A stretch of 64,000 bases of DNA from Alphaproteobacteria bacterium. GTDB taxonomy: Bacteria > Pseudomonadota > Alphaproteobacteria > SP197. This document shows positions 33,424 to 44,212 of the stretch, one piece after another; the first letter of the stretch is position 1; each line of letters opens with the position of its first letter. The position numbers and the translations under genes were made by a program. A model generated the notes under the pieces. That model saw only the letters and a program-made list of their open reading frames with translations, had not been told where the DNA came from and searched no databases. Where the stretch lies: positions 3,904,001 to 3,968,000 of the forward strand of contig OZ219747.1 in NCBI GenBank assembly GCA_964291265.2, given 5' to 3'.

Positions 33424-34211
33424 CCTGGCAGCTCGAGGCGGAAGACGAGCGGGCACACGACCTCCTCGACGAGTTCGAGCCCCTGTCCCTTTCCCTCTTC
33501 GGCACTCACGTCCAGGCCCTCTTCGCCAGCCGCGAGGAGGCCAGACGCGCACACCGACACCTCGAGGCACGCCTCGGCCTCACACCGTCCCTTCATGAAC
33601 TACCGGCAAGGGACTGGGTCGCGGAGAATGCCCGCTCCTTTGAGCCCCTTGTCATCGGGCCCTTCACCATCGTCCATGACGACCTCCCGGCGAATTCCTG
33701 TACGCGCCTCATCCGCATGAAGGCCGGGGCCGGTTTCGGGACCGGCGAGCACCCGAGCACCGCCGGCTGCATCCAGGCCCTCTCCGCTCTCGATACTGCG
33801 CCCCGCACCGTCCTCGACATGGGATGCGGGTCGGCCATTCTCTCGATCGCTGCCGCCCTCCTTTGGGACTGCGACGTCATCGCCGTGGACAACGATCCCC
33901 TCGCCCTTTCCTTTGCTCAACGCCAGATCTCTGAGAACGGCCTCGCCCATCGTATCCACCTCGTCTGCGCACACGCCTTCAGCGCCTTCTCGAGGGCGCC
34001 CTTCGACCTCCTCGTCGCCAACATCCTGGCACGCCCCCTCATCGACATGGCTCCCGCCATCCACGCTACCAACATCATCCTCTCTGGATTCCTCGAAGAC
34101 CAGTCCGCCTCCGTTCTCGACGCCTTCCGCCAGGCGGGCCATGCGCCACGCGCCACCACTTCCGTCGACGGCTGGACCACGTTCACTCTCACGGCCGATC
34201 ACTCGTGGTAG
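33420..34211 (+). CDS. prmA: Ribosomal protein L11 methyltransferase
   Basis: GFGTGEHPST, LDMGCGSAILSIAA, ANILARPL; ATGA overlap with uvrD. Confidence 0.9.
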   Translation: MTWQLEAEDERAHDLLDEFEPLSLSLFGTHVQALFASREEARRAHRHLEARLGLTPSLHELPARDWVAENARSFEPLVIGPFTIVHDDLPANSCTRLIRMKAGAGFGTGEHPSTAGCIQALSALDTAPRTVLDMGCGSAILSIAAALLWDCDVIAVDNDPLALSFAQRQISENGLAHRIHLVCAHAFSAFSRAPFDLLVANILARPLIDMAPAIHATNIILSGFLEDQSASVLDAFRQAGHAPRATTSVDGWTTFTLTADHSW

Positions 34212-34685
34212 ACCTCGCATCTTTCCACGGCGACCGGGAGGACCCACCCCGGCTTGATGGTTCGAATGTCGGAAGAAGCAGTGCTGATGATGAATGACAG
34301 GGAGTCGACACTGACAGAATGCTGCGGCGACCGGCCAGGCACCACAGGATGTTCCCATCGGATCTGTTCACGAAAAGACACTCGTTCACAATCAATGAAC
34401 AGGTTCCGGTATAGAGAGACGGAATCTGACATTGCCGAAACGGGCAGAGGCCCTGTGACGTACCTTTGTCTCGGCAGTGTCAGCAAGTGCAGGCTACGCT
34501 CCCGCGATACAGGATTTTGGTCGCGGCGGGGTCGATGTTCAGGGGGTCCAGTGGTGCGATACGCCCGAGCCTGGTCATCAACTCAAGACGACTGCGCCGC
34601 CAGGCAGGGGCAGGAGCCATGAGGGTGTCGCCTTCGCTCGCTCGCAGGTCACGCCGATGACCGTGCTGGTGCTTCAAGCGACCGT

Positions 34686-35075
34686 TAGCGCTGCTGTCGC
34701 AGCAAGGTGTTCACCAGCACGATGAGCTTGCGTGTCACGGGGACAATCGCGACCTTGTGGGGCCTTGCCGACGGTCTTGAGGCGTTCGAACACGCTTGCC
34801 AGGTCGGCGTTGAAGCGCGCCGCCACGACCATGAACGGGAGATCGCACGGCCTTGTTGCGTCCGCCACGGATACGCCGGGCACCGTGGTGCTGGCCGCTG
34901 TCGGCGGCCATCGGCGCCAACCCGATCGAGACTGCCGAGTTCGGGAATCCGGCAAGGAAGGAGTGCGTCGGCCTGAAGGAGCGATGGAGCAACGTTGCAG
35001 GCCTGACGTTGAGCGGGTCAAGGAGCGGTCCTCCCTTCCGAAACGAGACCCGCACTGCGGTACAGGCTTTCATGT
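34686..35075 (-). pseudogene. IS110-family transposase C-terminal remnant
   Basis: GLAPMAADSGQHHGARRIRGGR, AARFNADL..FERLKTVGK..KVAIV..RKLIVLVN, across frameshifts. Confidence 0.75.
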
Positions 35076-35201
35076 TTCGGGACAGCCGTGAATGACGTAC
35101 TGTCACCGTTCCCGACGAATTCGGGCATGTCGGACCCATATCGCCCGAACCGAAATGCAACGCGGGAGCACCTTGGAAAGGGGCGACCGCAGGGGGATTC
35201 C

Positions 35202-35975
35202 ATGGCCGAAACCCGCAGAACGAAGAGCCTCGCCATCCTGATCGATGCGGACAACACCAGCGCGAAACACGCCCAACCGATCTTCGACGAGATCGTCAAA
35301 CTGGGCGAGGCCAACGTGCGCCGCATCTACGGCGACTTCTCGGCGGGCCGCCTTTCCGGCTGGGACGGGGCGATCAAGTCCCTGGCAATCCTGCAGCATC
35401 AGCAGCGCAGCAACTCGAAGGGCAAGAATGCGTCCGACATAGCGCTGGTGATCGATGCCATGGATCTCATGTACAAGCGCACCCTCGACGGAGTCGTGCT
35501 GGTGAGTTCGGACAGCGACTTCACGCGACTTGCCCAGCGTCTGCGCGAGGAAGGCCTTGAAGTGTATGGCTTCGGCGAGCGCAAGGCAGTCGAGGCCTTC
35601 CGCAACGCCTGCAACCGCTTCATCTATGTCGAGAACCTTCTGGATGCCGAACCGGAAGAGAAGAAGGTTGGAGCGACACCGGCCAAGACCGCGGCACAGA
35701 AAAAGGATCCTCCGAGCAAGGCCAGAAAGATCATAGTGGACGCGATCGGAGAACCGGATGCCGACGGATGGGAGAATCTGTCCAGCGTCGGGAGTCGCAT
35801 TCAGGGCGCGCATCCCGACTTCGACCCGCGCAGTTACGGATGCGCCAATCTGAGCACGCTGGTAGAAAAGTCGGGCCAGTTCGACATTAGAAAAGACCAG
35901 GGCACCGTCCATGTCCGTCAAAAACAAGATACCGCGCGAAAACGTTCGAGCACCGGGAGGACATCAGCGGCCTGA
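35202..35975 (+). CDS. NYN (LabA/DUF88 PIN-like) protein with C-terminal OST-HTH/LOTUS domain
   Basis: LIDADN, RRIYGD, GKNASDIALVIDAMD, SSDSDF, FDPRSYG...LS.L. Confidence 0.9.
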   Translation: MAETRRTKSLAILIDADNTSAKHAQPIFDEIVKLGEANVRRIYGDFSAGRLSGWDGAIKSLAILQHQQRSNSKGKNASDIALVIDAMDLMYKRTLDGVVLVSSDSDFTRLAQRLREEGLEVYGFGERKAVEAFRNACNRFIYVENLLDAEPEEKKVGATPAKTAAQKKDPPSKARKIIVDAIGEPDADGWENLSSVGSRIQGAHPDFDPRSYGCANLSTLVEKSGQFDIRKDQGTVHVRQKQDTARKRSSTGRTSAA

Positions 35976-35990
35976 TCTCGGCTGGGTTCT

Positions 35991-36084
35991 CCAAGAGTCT
36001 GTTTGGTGACGGCCGGAGTGCCGTCGCCAAGCAGGTTTGGACGAAGGCCGCGCCGTCACGGTGTCACCATGCAGAATGTGTGAA
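35991..36084 (+). repeat. 94-bp hairpin-forming element, copy 1 (inverted copy at 44213-44306)
   Basis: 78/94 ungapped identity to the reverse complement of 44213-44306; long stem with pairing-preserving changes. Confidence 0.85.
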
Positions 36085-36129
36085 GGAGGTGTTGGTCAAG
36101 GACGCGCGAGGAGTCATGATGTTCGGCCG

Positions 36130-36440
36130 ACGACGAAGGCTGCCGGGCCTGCGGTGCGCGGGCGGTCGCCCCTGGCCAGAGGGGCACGTTCTCCCCTCCT
36201 TCCGCACCGAAGTCACGTCATGAGCACCAGGCAGCCCTCCTCGATGTGCAGAAACTGCGCGATCCTCTCCTGGCGCTCCAGGAGCCAGTCCATGGCGCCA
36301 TGGAGCGCGTCCTCGCTGAGCCCCGCATCAAGGACCCCGCCCAAGGTTCTCACCGCCGCCGCCTCGGCCAGTCCTCATGCCGTGGCGAGTTCGAGGCGGG
36401 CTCCATGAGCCTCGCGGTTATCATGGCCAGCACCTGATCG
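36130..36440 (-). pseudogene. IS1634-like transposase remnant
   Basis: VLAMITARLMEPAS, EDALHGAMDWLLERQERI, EGCLVL fragments in shifting frames. Confidence 0.65.
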
Positions 36441-36909
36441 CGCCTTGTCGAGGGCTTCGGGCCGATCAGCTTCATGGGGCGGCATGGCACCGGTTTGCGC
36501 ACTCAAGGAGCACAGGCGATCAAGGGCCGAGGACATCGCGACGCTGATCGATCCGTCGCAGGAAAAGCGGAGAAGCGATGGCTGAACACCACCTGCGCGA
36601 GACGAAAATGGCCAGGCCCCTGACGCCTCGGCCGTGCGGAAATTCTCGTTGCTGACCCCCGACGACGACAGTTTCGATGACAACTGCGACGCCGCAGAGG
36701 ACTGCTCGTCTGACGGCTGAGCCACCATACCCTACCTCTCCCCGAGAGTCTCCACGCTTGTCGGTCGACAGCCAAGGATGGCGTCATGTACCCCCGCTTT
36801 GTCGAACACCTGATCCGCCAGGCCTGGCGAACATCAAGATCGGTTCTGATCTGTGGCTCCCGGCGATCGGCGAAGCTCGCAAAGCAATCTCCGGTTCGCA
36901 GGCGATACC

Positions 36910-38994
36910 TCAACCTGTCTGATCCAGTCCGAACAGGCCCATGAGCTCGTCACGGTTGAGACGTGTCGACAGATTGAGCGACACGTCATCGATCAGATCG
37001 TCGAACAAGGCCTGCTTTTGCTGAAGGATGGTGTCGATGCGCTCCTCGATTGTGTCTTCGCAGGTGTACTTGATCACATTGACCTTGACGGTCTGGCCCA
37101 TGCGGTGACTCCGGTCCTCGGCCTGCCGCTCCACGGCGGGATTCCACCATCGGTCGAGATGAAACACGTAGGACGCTTCCTGAAGGTTGAGACCAACACC
37201 CCCGGCACGCAACGAAATGATCAGGGCCTTGTGCCGCTCGCTCTCCTTGAACTTCTCGATGAGATCCATGCGTTCGGCAGGGGGCACCGCGCCGGTCAGG
37301 CACAGCGGATGAAACTCCCGCAGGTGATGTGCCGCGGCCGCGACGCCCGATGTGTTCCCGGTGTACTGCGAAAAGATCAGCGCCTTGTGCCCCTGCGCGG
37401 TCAGCTTGCCGAGCCTGTCATGGATGTCGTCGAGCTTGCTGGATGCTCCCGTTCTGGGATCGACATTGCAGATTTGCTTGAGACGCGTGATCAGCTCCAG
37501 AACATGATGGATCGTCGCCTCCCTGCCCAGCGACCTCAGATAGACAACACCGTCATGCTCGGCCTGATCGTAGCTCTTTCTCTGCTGTGGTTCGAGCGGG
37601 ATCCTGAGTTTGATCTCCAGCTTGGGAGGCAGGTCAACAAGCACATCGGCCTTCCGCCGCCGAAGCTGAAGTTCGCGGTGACGCTTCAACAACGAGGCGT
37701 CGGGACACAGGCGAACATCAACGTCGTCGGCGTCGTGATCGACAAACTCCATGATCGACGCCAGTTCATCGATGTTGTTCTCGATCGGAGTACCCGTCAG
37801 TGCCCATGAACGCGCTCTCGGCAGGTCTTTCGCCGCAGCGCTCGTCGGGTTGCGATTCTTGATCTTCTGCGCTTCGTCGAGAACGACCACGTCCCACGTC
37901 CTGCGTACCGGTCCCAGGTTGCGAAGGACATCGGCATCCATGCGCAGCACATCATAACTCACGAGAAGCACATCCTTGCGCGCTCGCCACTGCCATATGC
38001 GGTTGTCGGCCGAGCCGCGTATGATCATGGCGCTGATATCCGGCGCCCAACGTTCGATTTCCCGGCGCCATTGATCCAGAACACCGGCAGGGGCAACCAC
38101 GAGAGCCGATCTCAAGTCACCCTTCGCCTTGAGTATTCTCAAGGCGGCAATGGTCTGGACGGTCTTTCCAAGACCCATGTCATCCGACAACAGCAGCCTG
38201 TCCATCGTGACAAGCGTCTCGACACCCTGACGCTGGAAGGGCATCAGTTCACCCGACCATTTCAGACCGCCTTCCGGAAGGGCAACGGGGGCTGACCGGA
38301 CCCTTCGGGCGAGAACCATCCACAGTCGTTCGGCCAGACCGCGCACGGGCTCGTCCGCTTCTGGCGAGCCCGGCACAGATGAAGAAGACAATCCCCGCTG
38401 GCGCGACATCTCTCTCCACTTGTCGATGGCGCGGGGCGTGAGCGACATCAGCGCCACCACGCCCTGGATGTCGTTGGCAGTGCGGATCCGGGAGTCAGCG
38501 TAGGCCTCCAGAAGAGCCATCGTCACTCTCTCCAAGGGTTCGAACGGCTCGTCCGCATCCACGATATCGTCGATGAGTGAACCGGGAAGAGAAGGTGTTG
38601 CCGGTGGATCCGTCACCCACTGCAACCACTCTTGGGCGCCGGTGGCTCGGGGCTCCGGCGAGCGTCCCGAAGGAGGCATGATGAAGCAACAGGGTATGCC
38701 GAGGTTGAGGCTCCCGAGAAAGAATGGCGGTTCATCTTCCGAGGAGACAATGAGCAATGCGGGAGTAGTCGTGGTGGCCTCGAAGAGAGCACGACTCAAG
38801 GATACGAGGGCGTCGTTCCAGTCATCGTCCTGGTACGCCATTCGGACAAAACCGAACCCTAGTGGTTCACCTTGCGGCGAGGCTTCGAACAGTCCTGCAA
38901 GAACTCCGTCACCCGCCGGGTCGACGATGATCTGCAACCAGGCAATGGACGATGGATGGTTGTCCGGAACCGTGTTGCGAAAGGGAATGGGCAC
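36910..38994 (-). CDS. SNF2-family helicase with an uncharacterised ~250-aa N-terminal domain
   Basis: SDDMGLGKT, DEAQKIKN, LTGTPIEN, AGGVGLNL, WWNPAVERQAEDRSHRMGQ; start uncertain (GTG 38994). Confidence 0.9.
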   Translation of the reverse strand: MPIPFRNTVPDNHPSSIAWLQIIVDPAGDGVLAGLFEASPQGEPLGFGFVRMAYQDDDWNDALVSLSRALFEATTTTPALLIVSSEDEPPFFLGSLNLGIPCCFIMPPSGRSPEPRATGAQEWLQWVTDPPATPSLPGSLIDDIVDADEPFEPLERVTMALLEAYADSRIRTANDIQGVVALMSLTPRAIDKWREMSRQRGLSSSSVPGSPEADEPVRGLAERLWMVLARRVRSAPVALPEGGLKWSGELMPFQRQGVETLVTMDRLLLSDDMGLGKTVQTIAALRILKAKGDLRSALVVAPAGVLDQWRREIERWAPDISAMIIRGSADNRIWQWRARKDVLLVSYDVLRMDADVLRNLGPVRRTWDVVVLDEAQKIKNRNPTSAAAKDLPRARSWALTGTPIENNIDELASIMEFVDHDADDVDVRLCPDASLLKRHRELQLRRRKADVLVDLPPKLEIKLRIPLEPQQRKSYDQAEHDGVVYLRSLGREATIHHVLELITRLKQICNVDPRTGASSKLDDIHDRLGKLTAQGHKALIFSQYTGNTSGVAAAAHHLREFHPLCLTGAVPPAERMDLIEKFKESERHKALIISLRAGGVGLNLQEASYVFHLDRWWNPAVERQAEDRSHRMGQTVKVNVIKYTCEDTIEERIDTILQQKQALFDDLIDDVSLNLSTRLNRDELMGLFGLDQTG

Positions 38995-39029
38995 GGCGGC
39001 TTCTGTACGAATTCTGCCTTCGGAAAAAT

Positions 39030-40295
39030 CTACACCGACCCGTCTCCGGGGTCGTGTTCCACGGTGGTGTCCTCGCCATAGGAAGTGCTGTGCGCCAGGA
39101 ATTCCGTGTCGGGAAGGTCTGCGATATGCAGACGCCTCAGATCCCATTCATTGATTGCGGCGCGGACCTTGTAGCGCATGCGTCCCATGAACCCGGCACC
39201 CCCTGCTGTTGTCTGCGATGGCGGTGGCTCCCAGCCATAAGCCCGCTGGTAGAGGTGGCGCAGGGATTCCATGGTCGCCTTCACATAGTCGTTGTCCGGA
39301 ACAGCGAGTGCCACGCACTCGCGCTCAAGCAGACGCATACCTGTTTCTGCGCGACTCGAGATGTCACGGTAACGTACATTCTGCTCCAACCTTGGAGGCA
39401 CATAGTCCCTGTCCTTGCGCTGCCCGTCCGGACTGATGATGGCGGAGGCAAAGTCCGACGTGACGGCTCCCACCACGACAAGGCCAGGGTAGATCTCTCC
39501 ACGGGCGCGGCCCATCCAGCGGGCCATCTCGGCATAAGCCCGGCCACGCTGCAAGATCGAGTACGACCCGATCAGTTCAAGCTCGTCGAGCAACACCACC
39601 CATCCATTGTAACCGGCGCACTTGATCAACTCCACCATGAACCGCAGTCGCTGGGGCATCAGGGCAGCCGCCCCTGGCGCACGCAAGCTGTAGCTACCCT
39701 GTTCACCAACCTCTCGCAGCCCGCGCTTGACCTTGCCAATCACAATTCGTTCCCCTGCCCAGAATGACTCGATATCTGCGCGCAGAGCGTTGTCTTCAAG
39801 TTTCTCGTACACGCTCAGGCTTGCCGGAAGGAGAGGGCTCAGGACACCACGGGACGCTTCCTGATCGGCCCACCCGGAAAAATCACCGTATTCACTGGAC
39901 TTCCAGTCGATCGCATGACAGAGCTTTTCGATGAAACGGCCCCTGCCGTCCGGTGTCCGGCCGTTTTCCATGGCAGACGTGAACACCTTCCCGAGATCAT
40001 AGAACGGCGTTTCCTTGCTGATCGACACCTTGCTGCACACAAATCCCCGAGATAGTGCGAGGTGTTCCAGATGCTCCAGAAGGTGCGATTTCCCGGTTCC
40101 GAAATCCCCGGAAACAAGCATGCCGCCGGATACTTCCGCCTGGTTCTCTGTCGCCTGCAGCAACTCCAGAAATCGATTCTCGACAGCCGGCTGACTGCAG
40201 CCCAGCTCCCGAACCGCAGCCCTGTTGGGAACACCGTTGCGCAGGGCTTCCACCGCCATCCGGGCATCAAGAGTACCGCTTCCATCGATCGCCAT
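39030..40295 (-). CDS. DUF2791/BrxD-like P-loop ATPase (intact Walker A/B)
   Basis: AVEALRNGVP N-terminus, GDFGTGKSH, VVLLDELE; RBS GAGGG before ATG 40295. Confidence 0.8.
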   Translation of the reverse strand: MAIDGSGTLDARMAVEALRNGVPNRAAVRELGCSQPAVENRFLELLQATENQAEVSGGMLVSGDFGTGKSHLLEHLEHLALSRGFVCSKVSISKETPFYDLGKVFTSAMENGRTPDGRGRFIEKLCHAIDWKSSEYGDFSGWADQEASRGVLSPLLPASLSVYEKLEDNALRADIESFWAGERIVIGKVKRGLREVGEQGSYSLRAPGAAALMPQRLRFMVELIKCAGYNGWVVLLDELELIGSYSILQRGRAYAEMARWMGRARGEIYPGLVVVGAVTSDFASAIISPDGQRKDRDYVPPRLEQNVRYRDISSRAETGMRLLERECVALAVPDNDYVKATMESLRHLYQRAYGWEPPPSQTTAGGAGFMGRMRYKVRAAINEWDLRRLHIADLPDTEFLAHSTSYGEDTTVEHDPGDGSV

Positions 40296-40309
40296 GACAG
40301 ATGTCCCTC

Positions 40310-41260
40310 TCAGGAAAGCCTGACTAGGGCGGCGACCGGGTTGACGACATTGCGGTCGCGAACATCGTCCATCACCCGGGTGCGCAGGGCGCTGTAGATG
40401 CCCCAACCCCTCTGGGCATTCTCGTCCACGAACGTCTCGTCCGTCACCACAGCCAGCAAGCACGCCTGCAACCGGTCAGTGTTGTCGATGAACTCCCGCA
40501 GCACTTCGTAGTGATCGACGGTCATCGCCCTGGTGTAGTAGCGCAGACCGTCACGCGGATTGCGCGCCACCAACACCCGGGCGTTGTCGAGAAGAATGAC
40601 CGTTCCGGCGTGGCCGGCAAGGCGGATCCAGTAGAGTGCCGACTCGATGAAGTAGCGGGCGGTGGTCCGGTTGATGGGCGTGTACACTTCGAAGTGCCGG
40701 ACATTCCCGATGCGGGTGTTGGTCCCGGTCAACCAGTCGATGAGTGGTTGCCCTTCATCCCCGCTTCGATTTCGGGTCATCACGCACAGATGGTTCATCG
40801 CAACACGGAAGGCCCGGACCATGTCCGGGTTCCGCTGGACCCTGTCATGGAGAACGGGCCGCAGTTCTGTCAGGACATCCGACGGCTCAAGACCACTCGA
40901 CTCGGCAACGCCACCGACAACATCCAGAACATGCCGAGGGTCAATGCCGTCGACACGAAAGCCCCTTTCGCGCAGGATTCCCAAGGTAACGCGACGCGCC
41001 AAAAGAGGCCAGTCGAGTTGCGACGCGACGGCGAAGAAGATGTCCTGAGGCATGTGGACCCGGCAGCTCGCTGCATCAACCTTGACGAACACGTGCCCGC
41101 GTTCACCACAGCGCTCGCCAAGAGCCGTCGCAAGGGCCGGCCTTCGATCCTCTCGGGCGATGGCAACCTTGACAGCCGCGCCTCCTTCGCCGATCAAAGA
41201 TGACAGGTATTCGCGATCGATGACGTCGAGCCACTCATCGATCGTGATCGTGTCCGTCAT
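40310..41260 (-). CDS. DUF2791/BrxD-like paralogue with degenerate Walker motifs
   Basis: GGAAVKVAI strand not followed by GxxGxGK; VILLDNA in place of LLDE; YEVLREFID and YSALRTRV fit the family pattern. Confidence 0.7.
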   Translation of the reverse strand: MTDTITIDEWLDVIDREYLSSLIGEGGAAVKVAIAREDRRPALATALGERCGERGHVFVKVDAASCRVHMPQDIFFAVASQLDWPLLARRVTLGILRERGFRVDGIDPRHVLDVVGGVAESSGLEPSDVLTELRPVLHDRVQRNPDMVRAFRVAMNHLCVMTRNRSGDEGQPLIDWLTGTNTRIGNVRHFEVYTPINRTTARYFIESALYWIRLAGHAGTVILLDNARVLVARNPRDGLRYYTRAMTVDHYEVLREFIDNTDRLQACLLAVVTDETFVDENAQRGWGIYSALRTRVMDDVRDRNVVNPVAALVRLS

Positions 41261-42051
41261 CGTCGCGCCCCGGTGAAGCTGATGCCGTAGTATTCGGCAC
41301 TGTCTCCCTCGGGCCCGACAAACGTGAAGACATCCGACGAACGTCGGCGTGTTCCCGTTGACGACGGAAAGGACACCTCGGCGCCCTTCCTGGTCCGATG
41401 GGGGCCTTCAGACTGGAGGATGTAGAGGTCCCGCGCAAAGTCACTGCGGCCATATTCACGCGCCGCTCCCGGCAACGCCGTCATCAGTCTGTACAGTCTC
41501 ATCAAGGGCACCACGTGTGGGCTCAACAGGTCACGGGGTTCATCGCTCGTGACATCGCGATAGACGTTGTACAGCGACTCGAGAAACCGCGCCGACTGGA
41601 AGCTGGCCGTCTTCTGCTGTTCCTTCAGAAGGTGCTCCACCAGAAAGGACGGCCGTACCGTCGACACCTTCTTCCTGTCCACCCTGACGGCCCGCTCCGA
41701 AGCCAGCACCCGAAGGATCGATGGATAGCACATGAACAGACCATCGCGTTCATGGAGTTTCAGGCCGCCCTTCACGGCAGCTACCCTGAATTCCTCGGCA
41801 AACCGCTTCTCGAAGTACTCCCGTTCTTCCTCCTCTCCATACACCCAGCTCTCGCAGGCATCCGCAGCCCTATCCGCCAACTCCGCCACCGCATCATCAA
41901 GGTTGCTCCCGGCTCGCCTGACACCGGCGATGTTCCCTGTCTGCGCGGCCTTCACCAGGGCCCGAACCTGCGACAGCACCCCCTTGGCAGCCTTCTCCGC
42001 CACCCCGGCAGCCTCTTCCGTCTCGCGCAACGCCTCTTCCAGACTCTCCAC
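41257..42051 (-). CDS. Hypothetical protein, coiled-coil N-terminus; first gene of the ATPase-helicase operon
   Basis: 264-aa intact ORF, ATGA overlap with the next gene. Confidence 0.75.
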   Translation of the reverse strand: MESLEEALRETEEAAGVAEKAAKGVLSQVRALVKAAQTGNIAGVRRAGSNLDDAVAELADRAADACESWVYGEEEEREYFEKRFAEEFRVAAVKGGLKLHERDGLFMCYPSILRVLASERAVRVDRKKVSTVRPSFLVEHLLKEQQKTASFQSARFLESLYNVYRDVTSDEPRDLLSPHVVPLMRLYRLMTALPGAAREYGRSDFARDLYILQSEGPHRTRKGAEVSFPSSTGTRRRSSDVFTFVGPEGDSAEYYGISFTGARR

Positions 42052-42227
42052 GTCACAATCACCCCTTTGCCGCCCCCGGAGACTACAGCGACCGCCCCGG
42101 CCTACGCAACACCGACCACAGTTCGGGGTGTACGTCGGGATTGTGAGATTTGAACAAAGCGTGCGGTCTGCGGTCGTTTTTGGGTATTGTTCTGACAGTG
42201 TATTAGGCTTTCAGAATGGAGGCCCCG

Positions 42228-42648
42228 ATGACACTGCCCCCCCGAATTGTCCGAGCTCAACCTCAGGCGCCGCGACATCCAGAACCAGCTTGCCGACCTT
42301 GGCGACCTGCGCCCCGGCTCGCTGACGCCGCGTTTCCGCAAGTGCGGCAAGCCCACCTGCCACTGTGCCGCCCAGGGAGACCCCGGTCACGGACCGAGCT
42401 GGTCGTTGACCTGGTCTGTCGAGGGCAAGACCCAAACCCGGATCATCCCCGCCGAGGCGGTCGAGGAAACCCAGGCGCAGATGGCCGAGTATCAGCGCGC
42501 CCGTGCTCTTATGCGTGAACTGTTCGAGGTCAGCACCCGGATGTGCGACGCGCAACTCGACGCCATCAAGACGATTCCAAAAAACACTTCGTCGCGGCGC
42601 TCGAACCGGAAGTCCGCCACGAGATCGTCAGCGAAGCGGCGAGCCTGA
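42228..42648 (+). pseudogene. DUF6788-like accessory ORF of the ISKra4 element (frameshift in C7)
   Basis: RPGSL..RFRKCGKPTCHCA...GHGP; GGAGG-ATG 42228 is out of frame by one C. Confidence 0.7.
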
Positions 42649-43926
42649 TCGGTGTCGGCGTGCTTGACGACTTCCAGGCGATCGAGACTGAGGCCCGGCG
42701 GGTGGCATGGCAGATCATGGGGCAGGCGGTCGCCGCGAAGCTCAACGCCGATCATGCCGACGATCAGGGCCCCTGCCTGTGCGGGTGCGGCGGCAAAGCT
42801 CGCTTCGCCGGCCGCCGGCCCAAGACCTTCATCACCGCCTTGGGCCCGATGACGCTGGAACGGGCCTGGTATCACTGCGACGGCTGTCACTCAGGCTTCA
42901 GCCCGCGCGACCGCGCTCTTGGCATGGAGAACACCTTCCTGTCGCCGGCGTCGCTGCGCATGATCGGCATCGCTGCCGCCAGGATCAGCTTCGAGGGCTC
43001 CAGCGCCCTGTTGCGCGAGTTGGCCGGCCTCGCCGTCGCACCGAAGACGGTGGAACGCCACGCCGAGGCTCTCGGACGTGAGATCGCAGGCGACGAACAC
43101 CGCGTCATCGAACCCGAGTTCGGCGATGCCCCCATCCTCTACCTCGGTCTCGATGGCACCGGCGTGCCGGCACGCAAGACCGAAGTCGCGGGGCGTGCGG
43201 GCAAGCAGCCCGACGGCGGCGCCAAGACCCGAGAGGCCAAGCTCGCGGTGGTGTGGTCGGCGGAAACCACCGACCAGGACGGCCGCCCCGTGCGCGATCC
43301 CGGTTCCTCCAGCGACAACGCGGCCATCGAAACCATCGCCTGCCGGGATACCGACGCCGAGCCCGCGCCCTTCGCACGGCGTATCCTGCGCGAGGCCCAG
43401 CGCCGCGGCTTCGACAGCGCAGCGCGCCAGGTCCTGCTCGGCGACGGTGCGCCATGGATAGGGAACTTCGCCAACGAGCACTTCCCCGACGCTGTCCAGA
43501 TCGTCGACATCTTCCACGCCAAGGGCCATCTGTTCGATGTCGCCAAGGCGATCTACAACACACAGCAGCGAGATCGGCGAACGATGGGCCAGAAAGCGGC
43601 GCGAGGAGCTTGATGAGGGCCGCGTCGACGACGTGATCGCCGCCCTGCTGAGCCATGCCGCAAGCTGCGAGGAAGCCCGCAAGAACGCCGAGTACTTCGC
43701 CACCAACCGGGAGCGAATGAACTATCCGAGGTTCAGGGCGATGGGCCTGTGCGCTGCCTCCGGCGTGGTCGAGGGAGGCTGCAAGAACATCGTCGGCACC
43801 CGCCTCAAGCAAGGCGGCATGCACTGGACCGTCGACGGCGCCAACGCCATCATCGCCCTGCGCTGCGCCGTCGAAAGCAACCGCTTCGACGACTTCTGGG
43901 AACGGCGCGCCAGCGCAAGAGCATGA
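42543..43926 (+). pseudogene. ISKra4 transposase, frameshifted near 43560
   Basis: LGLDGTGVP, GDGAPWI, VDIFHA, RMNYPRFRAMG..SGVVEGGCK, split over two frames. Confidence 0.85.
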
Positions 43927-44212
43927 ATCTCACAAATCAGACGTACACCCCACAGTTCGTCACCGACCTTACCCGAACCATGTGATTCGATGTCGCCACC
44001 ACCGATCCCATCATCCGTGCAGGTGACTGCCGCAGCCTCACTCCACACTTTCAAGGAATGTGCTCTCAAATGGAAGGGGAAGAGTCCCAAGGCCGGTCAT
44101 CAGGGTGACGACATGACCTTCGTTCTCTCTCCAGCCGCCACGACGCCCATGTTCCTTGCAAAGCCGGCTGAAGACCCTGGCGACATTCCCCGGCAACATT
44201 CCAACAGGTTTT

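Larger units (their letters stand above)
42126..43950 (+). mobile_element. ISKra4-family insertion sequence
   Basis: TIRs GGGTGTACGTCgggaTTGTGAGATT and its inverse ending 43950; direct repeat CACAGTTCG at 42117-42125 and 43951-43959. Confidence 0.9.

Noticed and set aside
34500-34685. Bridge RNA region of the IS110 remnant
   Set aside because: Element ends cannot be defined by eye and the transposase is largely deleted.
36910-42051. Calling the operon BREX or Shango
   Set aside because: No pglZ, pglX or TerB-like gene is visible and the helicase class differs.
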